Assembly (NCBI GenBank): GCA_965195285.1
Contig: CBDAFS010000055.1
Span: forward strand, 1-64,000
Length of the DNA stretch: 64,000 nucleotides
Origin: an uncultured Aminicenantes bacterium
GTDB taxonomy: Bacteria > Acidobacteriota > Aminicenantia > UBA2199
Direction: 5' to 3'
This document shows positions 58,607 through 64,000 of this stretch, in pieces. The position numbers and the translations under genes are program-made. Numbering within the stretch: the stretch's first letter is position 1; the number at the start of each line of letters is the position of its first letter. The notes beneath the pieces are model-generated. The model was given only the letters and a program-made list of their open reading frames with translations. It was not told where the DNA came from and did no database searches.

Positions 58607-59413
58607 TTATCCCCCGATTTGCCAGTTTTCCCGGCTGGAACAAAAAGTGCCGCATTCGGGTTTGTTCACAATGGCCTGCCGCAGGCTATCACCGATATGA
58701 TCCAGGTTGACCGGTATCTCAATATTGGAAAAAAGGCAGGGTTTGATGAACCCGTCTGCAGTCAACCGAATCCGGTTGCAGATACTGCAATTCAGGGGCC
58801 TTTCGGTAGTAAACTGGCGATCGATACTGGTAATGGTACTCAATGAATACTGGTTGATCCGCTGCAGCCTCAGTCCCTTTTCCAGACAAAACCCCTTCAG
58901 GACCTCCACTTCATCGGTATTGACTCCCGGGATCAATACCATATTCAGCTTGGTATTCCTGAATCCGACTTCAAAGGCCGCATCAATCCCCCTAAAGACC
59001 CGGTCCAGGTTTCCGATCCGGGTCAAACAACGATATTTTTCGGGATCCAGGGTATCCAGGGAAATATTCAAACGGTCCAGCCCGGCTTTTTTCAGCCCTT
59101 CGGCCATTTTTTCCAGCAACACACCATTGGTGGTCAGGGTAATTTCCCTGATTCCTTTCACTGCTCTCAACTGTTCAACCAAGAAACTGATGTCTTTCCG
59201 GATCAGGGGTTCCCCTCCGGTCAGCCTCACTTTGGTAATACCCAGTTTTACCGCTTCCCGGACAATGGACACAATCTGTTCAAAGGAAAGAATATCACTG
59301 TGATTCTTGAGCTGAATTCCGGTCTCTGGCATACAGTAGGTGCACCTCAGATTGCAGCGATCGGTAACCGATATTCTCAAATAATATATCTTTCGATTAA
59401 ACCGGTCTAACAT
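58607..59413 (-). CDS. moaA: GTP 3',8-cyclase MoaA (short form)
   Basis: YLRISVTDRCNLRCTYC, LTGGEP, NISLDTL, CSICNRIRLTADG..KPCL, C-terminal QIGG. Confidence 0.92.
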   Translation of the reverse strand: MLDRFNRKIYYLRISVTDRCNLRCTYCMPETGIQLKNHSDILSFEQIVSIVREAVKLGITKVRLTGGEPLIRKDISFLVEQLRAVKGIREITLTTNGVLLEKMAEGLKKAGLDRLNISLDTLDPEKYRCLTRIGNLDRVFRGIDAAFEVGFRNTKLNMVLIPGVNTDEVEVLKGFCLEKGLRLQRINQYSLSTITSIDRQFTTERPLNCSICNRIRLTADGFIKPCLFSNIEIPVNLDHIGDSLRQAIVNKPECGTFCSSRENWQIGG

Positions 59414-60584
59414 CTACCTCTGCCCCCTTTTTGATCTGTTTTACTCCCACCGGTATTTCCAGCAGTCCGTTGGCCCTGGACAGCGAAAGGATATGGGCCG
59501 AGCCATGATATTCGACAACCCTGACGGTTCCCTGGCTGTAAACAACCGGAATCAGTTCATGGCGGCTGGCTTTGCACCGATTGAAATCCTGTTTCATGAT
59601 CCCGGTTATCCTTGGGGGAGAATAAGTGTGGCCCATCATCCGGAATAGAAAAGGCTTGACCAAAACCTCAAAAATGATAAAAGTGGAAACCGGATTACCC
59701 GGAAGTCCGAAGACGAAATGGTTCCCCCGTCTTCCGAAAACCGTTGGTTTCCCCGGCTTGATGGCAATTTTCTTAAAATAAATTTCAACCCCGATTTCTT
59801 CCAGGACCTGGGGCACAAAATCAAAATCCCCCATGGAAACGCCACCGGATACCAGAACCACATCTGCCTGGTTCATCAACCGTTCTGCTTCGGCATTGAT
59901 GCACTCAGGGTTGTCACGTACAATGCCATTATAGATCACCTCCAGGCCCATTGATCCAATCTGGGCAGCCAGAGAAAAGGCATTGCTGTTAAATATCTGT
60001 CCCCTCTTTATATGCTCTCCCGGTTCAACAATCTCTGCACCGGTGGTTAAAACTCCCACCATTGGCCGGCAAAAGGTTTTTACCGTATCCAATCCCATCG
60101 AAGCAATAGCCCCGATATCCGCTGATGTCATCAATTTCCCGGAAAGTAGCACTTTGTCCCCGATTTTTACGTCCTCTCCGCGATGGCATACATTAAATTC
60201 ACTATCCTGGCCCGTGATAAACATCAGGTCATTTTCAGTCCGGGTAATTTCCCTTTTTACCACCCGGTCTGCTCCGGAGGGAAGCATGGCCCCGGTCATT
60301 ATTTTTGAACATTCTCCCGTTTTTATTTTTTTCCGGGGAACCGAACCAGCCGGTATGACCTCCATGATACGGAAGCTGCTGGAATCATCCCCGGAAGCAA
60401 TGGCATAACCATCCATGGCTGACTTATCAAAGGGGGGCATATTGATTTTCGAGACCACATCCTGGGCCAGAACCCGGTTCCGGGCATCGATTAACCTCAC
60501 GGTTTCGGTTTCAGGCCGGGCCCCGTGGCGAGCCAGTATCAAACAGGCCTCATCCAGACCGATCATGTTTGAATTCTTTTTCAT
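59397..60584 (-). CDS. moeA: Molybdopterin molybdo/tungsto-transferase MoeA
   Basis: PPFDKSAMDGYA, IMTGA, SGGVSMGDFD, IKPGKP, GLPGNPVS. Confidence 0.95.
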   Translation of the reverse strand: MKKNSNMIGLDEACLILARHGARPETETVRLIDARNRVLAQDVVSKINMPPFDKSAMDGYAIASGDDSSSFRIMEVIPAGSVPRKKIKTGECSKIMTGAMLPSGADRVVKREITRTENDLMFITGQDSEFNVCHRGEDVKIGDKVLLSGKLMTSADIGAIASMGLDTVKTFCRPMVGVLTTGAEIVEPGEHIKRGQIFNSNAFSLAAQIGSMGLEVIYNGIVRDNPECINAEAERLMNQADVVLVSGGVSMGDFDFVPQVLEEIGVEIYFKKIAIKPGKPTVFGRRGNHFVFGLPGNPVSTFIIFEVLVKPFLFRMMGHTYSPPRITGIMKQDFNRCKASRHELIPVVYSQGTVRVVEYHGSAHILSLSRANGLLEIPVGVKQIKKGAEVDVRPV

Positions 60585-60611
60585 ATTGGACTCTATTATA
60601 TCAAAAACACC

Positions 60612-61628
60612 TCAATCATGTTTGAAAATCTTTATGGCCGACACCTTGAAAGTAGCCCACAGCTGGTCTCCCAGTTTTATTTGCATTTCTTCAAATGACT
60701 TTCGGGTGATTTCAATAATCAGCACCACACCGATATTCAGAACCACCTCAACCAACGTAGACCGGTTGAAAATATGTTCAACCCGTCCGTGAAATGAATT
60801 CCGGGCAGACGACAACAATGGTTTTCTGGAAATAATAATATCATCGGACCGGATGGCAATATAGGCAAACCCTGCACTCTGAAGTGGAACATGAAAGGCA
60901 ATCCCCTCCAATTGCAGGAAGTAGTCCCTGACCACACCGCTAAAAACATTGCGGTAACCTAGAAAATCAGCAACATCCTTGGTTTTCGGATGGTTGAAAA
61001 TCTCATCCGGTTTGCCGCACTGGACAATCCTGCCATCCATTAAAATAGCCAATCGATCAGCCAGGGACAGGGCCTCTTCAAAATCATGGGTGACATGGAT
61101 AAAGGTGCGGGAAGGATCCTGATGCAGGTTCATAAATAGTTTCCGGGTTTTCAAGCGCAGATTCCGATCCAGTGAAGAGGTGGGCTCATCGAAAAGGTAA
61201 ACATCAGGTGAAATCGCCATGGCCCTGGCAATGGCCACCCTCTGCTTTTCTCCACCTGAGAGATGGTCAGTCCAGCGATCCAGTAAATGGCCAATCTCCA
61301 ATTGACCGGCCACCTCTTTTACGGTCAGGATTATTTTTTGTTTGGCCTGCTTTCTGACCTTCAACCCGTAGGCAATGTTATCAAACACATTCAAATGGGG
61401 AAAAAGCCAGTAATCCTGATAGATAAAACCGATTTTTTTCCGGTCAACCCCGGTTACAATCCCGGAATCCGGTTTGATCAGACCGGCGATTAGTTCCAGG
61501 ATGAGTGTTTTTCCGGCTCCACTCGGACCCAGAATCACAAAAAACTCCCCGGGCCAGACTTGAAAATCAAGATCGAACAGAGCAAAATCCTGATATCTTT
61601 TATTTATATTTTTTAATTCAATATTCAT
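60612..61628 (-). CDS. wtpC: Tungstate ABC transporter ATPase with TOBE domain
   Basis: GPSGAGKT, LSGGEKQR, FDEP, HVTHD, SARN (TOBE). Confidence 0.85.
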   Translation of the reverse strand: MNIELKNINKRYQDFALFDLDFQVWPGEFFVILGPSGAGKTLILELIAGLIKPDSGIVTGVDRKKIGFIYQDYWLFPHLNVFDNIAYGLKVRKQAKQKIILTVKEVAGQLEIGHLLDRWTDHLSGGEKQRVAIARAMAISPDVYLFDEPTSSLDRNLRLKTRKLFMNLHQDPSRTFIHVTHDFEEALSLADRLAILMDGRIVQCGKPDEIFNHPKTKDVADFLGYRNVFSGVVRDYFLQLEGIAFHVPLQSAGFAYIAIRSDDIIISRKPLLSSARNSFHGRVEHIFNRSTLVEVVLNIGVVLIIEITRKSFEEMQIKLGDQLWATFKVSAIKIFKHD

Positions 61629-62374
61629 CTTTCTTCAAAGATTCTGATCACCACAAAGACCGCCAGGCTGATCAACACCAGCAGAACCGTGACCGGGAGG
61701 GCATATTTAAGTCCGAAATTCTGAAAGCGTTCAAAAATCAAAACCGACGCGGTCATGGGGTGATAGGCCAGAATGACTACGGCTCCAAATTCTGATATTC
61801 CCCGGCCCCACATCATGATGGAACCGGAAAAAATGGATTTCTTCACCAGGGGAAGGCTGATGGTTTGAAAGGCTTTCCAGCGACTGGCACCCAGGGTTAG
61901 GGCTGTTTTTTCATACCGTTCATCGATCAATTTAAAACCTGTTTTCACCGCATTGACCAGAAAGGGAACCGAAACAAAGAACATGCCCATGGAAATGGCT
62001 GCTTCGGTCCCGATGATCCGGAGTCCGCTTATTTCGGATAAAAAGGAGTTTCTTCCCCATACAGCCAGCAGGGCTATGCCCGCAGCTGTATGCGGAATAA
62101 TCACCGGGAGATCGATCAGGCCTTCGATCAATTTTTTACCTTTAAACCGGCCCCTGGCCAGAATATAGGCCAGCGGGATGCCAACCAACAAAGCTGTCAG
62201 GGTGGCCCAGAGCGAGGCCCGGAGAGTCAAACCGATCGATTGATAGACCTCGGGCTGAAGTGTGGTATTTATCAGGTCAGAGACATCGGTTGAAAGTAAA
62301 ATTTTCAGGATCGGTAAGCCGATTAATAAGACCAGCAGGAATCCCAGGAACGAGAAAACAATTTTAAATTTCAT
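61625..62374 (-). CDS. wtpB: Tungstate ABC transporter permease
   Basis: DLPVIIPHTAAGIAL and WGRGISEFGAVVILAYHP. Confidence 0.87.
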   Translation of the reverse strand: MKFKIVFSFLGFLLVLLIGLPILKILLSTDVSDLINTTLQPEVYQSIGLTLRASLWATLTALLVGIPLAYILARGRFKGKKLIEGLIDLPVIIPHTAAGIALLAVWGRNSFLSEISGLRIIGTEAAISMGMFFVSVPFLVNAVKTGFKLIDERYEKTALTLGASRWKAFQTISLPLVKKSIFSGSIMMWGRGISEFGAVVILAYHPMTASVLIFERFQNFGLKYALPVTVLLVLISLAVFVVIRIFEER

Positions 62375-63357
62375 TTGATTTCAAAAAAAGGTTTCAATAT
62401 CCCGGGCAATCGGTCCGGGTAATCAACGGCCGGTGGCACCATTTCAGGCTGGCCGTTTTGCTTCATGATTTTCCGGCCTTCCACCCCCAGCACAAAGGCC
62501 ACAAAGCGCCCCCCCCAGAGTGGATTCCGGGCATTTCGGGGCACGGTAATGCCATAGACCATGGGAAATCCCTTTTTGATCATCCATTCACCCGGTTTTT
62601 TTCCGGTGATTTTTACCGAAACCTGCTGGTAGAAGCGGGAAAATGCGGAAGATTTCAAATTGATTTCATCCGGCAGAACTACATACTTCATCCTGTGTTG
62701 CCGGGCAACACTTCTGTATATAAACACATAATCGAGTTCGGAAACCTCTAACAGGGCAATCAGGTCCGTTTCCTTGGGACGGATATTTTTCCGGGGCATT
62801 TTGGAGCGTAGTTGGGAAAACAAGCCCGGGAGACGGTAAAATTTTTCAGCCAGTTTCCAGGTTAACACCGCCCGGTACCCGCAGGGATCTGAATTTGGAT
62901 CGGAATGTCCAAATTGCACCCCGGGCCTGAGCAAAATGTCAACCCAGTTATTGGAGTTGATCTCTCCGGCAAACCGGCTGGATTCGCTGTACATCAATAC
63001 CATCTCGTTGGTAGAAAAATCAATGCAATAACTGGCATATTCCGGTATGAGCATGTTTCTAATAACTGCAGAATCCGCCGCAGCCATGACATCGGCCAAC
63101 CGTTTCAGATCACTGATCTGGCGGGCAGCGGTGCGGCTGCCATGGGCTTCCAGTCTCACCTGGATCTGGGGAAATTTATTCATGAACCGGGCAGCCATCT
63201 GCTTGAACGGAACCGAAAGTGAACCCGCATGCAGAACCAGCAGTTCACTTTTTCGAGATTGACCGCAGGACCAGGCTAAAATGATAGCCAGAAATAGTAG
63301 AATATAACCATACCGCTTCATTGCATTTCTCCAGAAACTGAAAGGGAATTTTTTCAC
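62371..63357 (-). CDS. wtpA: Tungstate-binding lipoprotein WtpA
   Basis: Lipobox LAWSC, HAGSL, GS..AAR, SDPNSDPCGYR, PKETDL. GTG 63357 follows the riboswitch SD; alternative ATG 63321. Confidence 0.9.
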   Translation of the reverse strand: MKKFPFSFWRNAMKRYGYILLFLAIILAWSCGQSRKSELLVLHAGSLSVPFKQMAARFMNKFPQIQVRLEAHGSRTAARQISDLKRLADVMAAADSAVIRNMLIPEYASYCIDFSTNEMVLMYSESSRFAGEINSNNWVDILLRPGVQFGHSDPNSDPCGYRAVLTWKLAEKFYRLPGLFSQLRSKMPRKNIRPKETDLIALLEVSELDYVFIYRSVARQHRMKYVVLPDEINLKSSAFSRFYQQVSVKITGKKPGEWMIKKGFPMVYGITVPRNARNPLWGGRFVAFVLGVEGRKIMKQNGQPEMVPPAVDYPDRLPGILKPFFEIK

Positions 63358-63362
63358 TGAAA

Positions 63363-63461
63363 ATTCTCCTTTCCAAGCACGGGAGGCAAATCCGTTTCCA
63401 AATTTACCCTGTCGGTTCAAAGGACATAGATAAAAACGGTAGCCCCTTGAACTCGGAGAAT
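63363..63461 (-). ncRNA. Moco RNA motif riboswitch, P3-less (tungsten cofactor/Tuco type)
   Basis: P1 AUUCUCC/GGAGAAU, P2 GUUCAAGGGGC/GUCCUUUGAAC, P4 GGUAAAUUUG-GAAA-CGGAUUUGCC, then UCCCGUGCUUGGAAAGGAG. Sits upstream of the wtpABC-moeA-moaA operon. Confidence 0.85.
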
Positions 63462-63497
63462 CCGTACCTCTTTTGATATAATCGGCAACAGAATATC

Positions 63498-63526
63498 AAT
63501 TTATCAGGAAAGGTCCGATTTGTCAA
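63498..63526 (-). promoter_or_regulatory. Sigma70 promoter for the wtp-moe/moa operon
   Basis: Minus strand TTGACA-17-TAAATT with TG extension. Confidence 0.6.
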
Positions 63527-63577
63527 ATATCAGCCGAAAATATCACCGAAAATATCACATCGAAAAGGCAATCCCAT

Positions 63578-63606
63578 TTGACTATTGAGGTAAAAAATAA
63601 TACAAT
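63578..63606 (+). promoter_or_regulatory. Sigma70 promoter (predicted leaderless) for hslV
   Basis: TTGACT(63578)-17-TACAAT(63601)-6-ATG(63613). Confidence 0.75.
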
Positions 63607-63612
63607 AACCGA

Positions 63613-64000
63613 ATGAATAACCAACTCAAACATACCACTGTGCTCTGTGTTAAACACAAGGGAAAGATTGTCATCGGTGCTGACGGACAGGTTTCCTTTC
63701 AGAATACGGTTTTAAAACACAAAGCCAAAAAAGTACGCCGGCTCTACAATAACGAGGTACTGGCCGGTTTTGCCGGCTCCACCTCAGATGCCTTTTCCCT
63801 GTTTCAACGATTCGAAGGCAAGCTAGAAGAATACAACGGAAATTTATCCCGGGCCGCCATCGAACTCTCCAAAGAATGGAGGACGGATAAGATACTTAGA
63901 AGACTGGAAGCCATGCTCATTGTAGCCAACAACGATAATCTGTACATCCTTTCCGGTTCCGGAGACGTGATTGAACCGGATGAAGATGTGCTTGCCATTG
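63613..64000 (+). CDS. hslV: ATP-dependent protease subunit HslV; 3' truncated by the window edge
   Basis: [13 protein letters not shown]...GADGQVS...KVRRL...[12 protein letters not shown]...[14 protein letters not shown]...GDVIEP. Confidence 0.95.
   Translation, partial: MNNQLKHTTVLCVKHKGKIVIGADGQVSFQNTVLKHKAKKVRRLYNNEVLAGFAGSTSDAFSLFQRFEGKLEEYNGNLSRAAIELSKEWRTDKILRRLEAMLIVANNDNLYILSGSGDVIEPDEDVLAI

Overview
Gene-dense window from an anaerobic, probably diderm bacterium. The gene mix is suggestive of Ca. Aminicenantes/Acidobacteriota or a deltaproteobacterium; this taxonomy is inference only. Bases 1-7.7 kb hold a CCG Fe-S/HdrA/MvhD/NuoE/NuoF/NuoG' operon in the bamD-E-F-G-H-I order of tungsten class II benzoyl-CoA reductase, with Cys at positions that are often Sec. 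It is followed by fdhD and a MoaD-like carrier, then a tungsten AOR operon (Zn-ribbon protein, AOR, ferredoxin, NarI-Fe-S fusion) and an acyl-CoA beta-oxidation-like operon. The middle carries an sxtIJK-like carbamoyltransferase cluster, a XylR_N/V4R hybrid kinase, housekeeping genes (polA, adk, mnmA, dusB, pth, cobB), two divergent CLC genes around an HTH-PTS IIA gene, a kinase/SPS-like glycosyltransferase pair and a Schlafen/AlbA_2 protein. The right end has wtpABC-moeA-moaA-moaC-MOSC-mog under a P3-less (tungsten-type) Moco riboswitch, then a truncated hslV. At least six genes have near-consensus sigma70 promoters whose predicted start site falls on the ATG (leaderless mRNAs). No rRNA, tRNA or CRISPR array was seen. 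All family calls come from motif recognition by eye; no database search was run.
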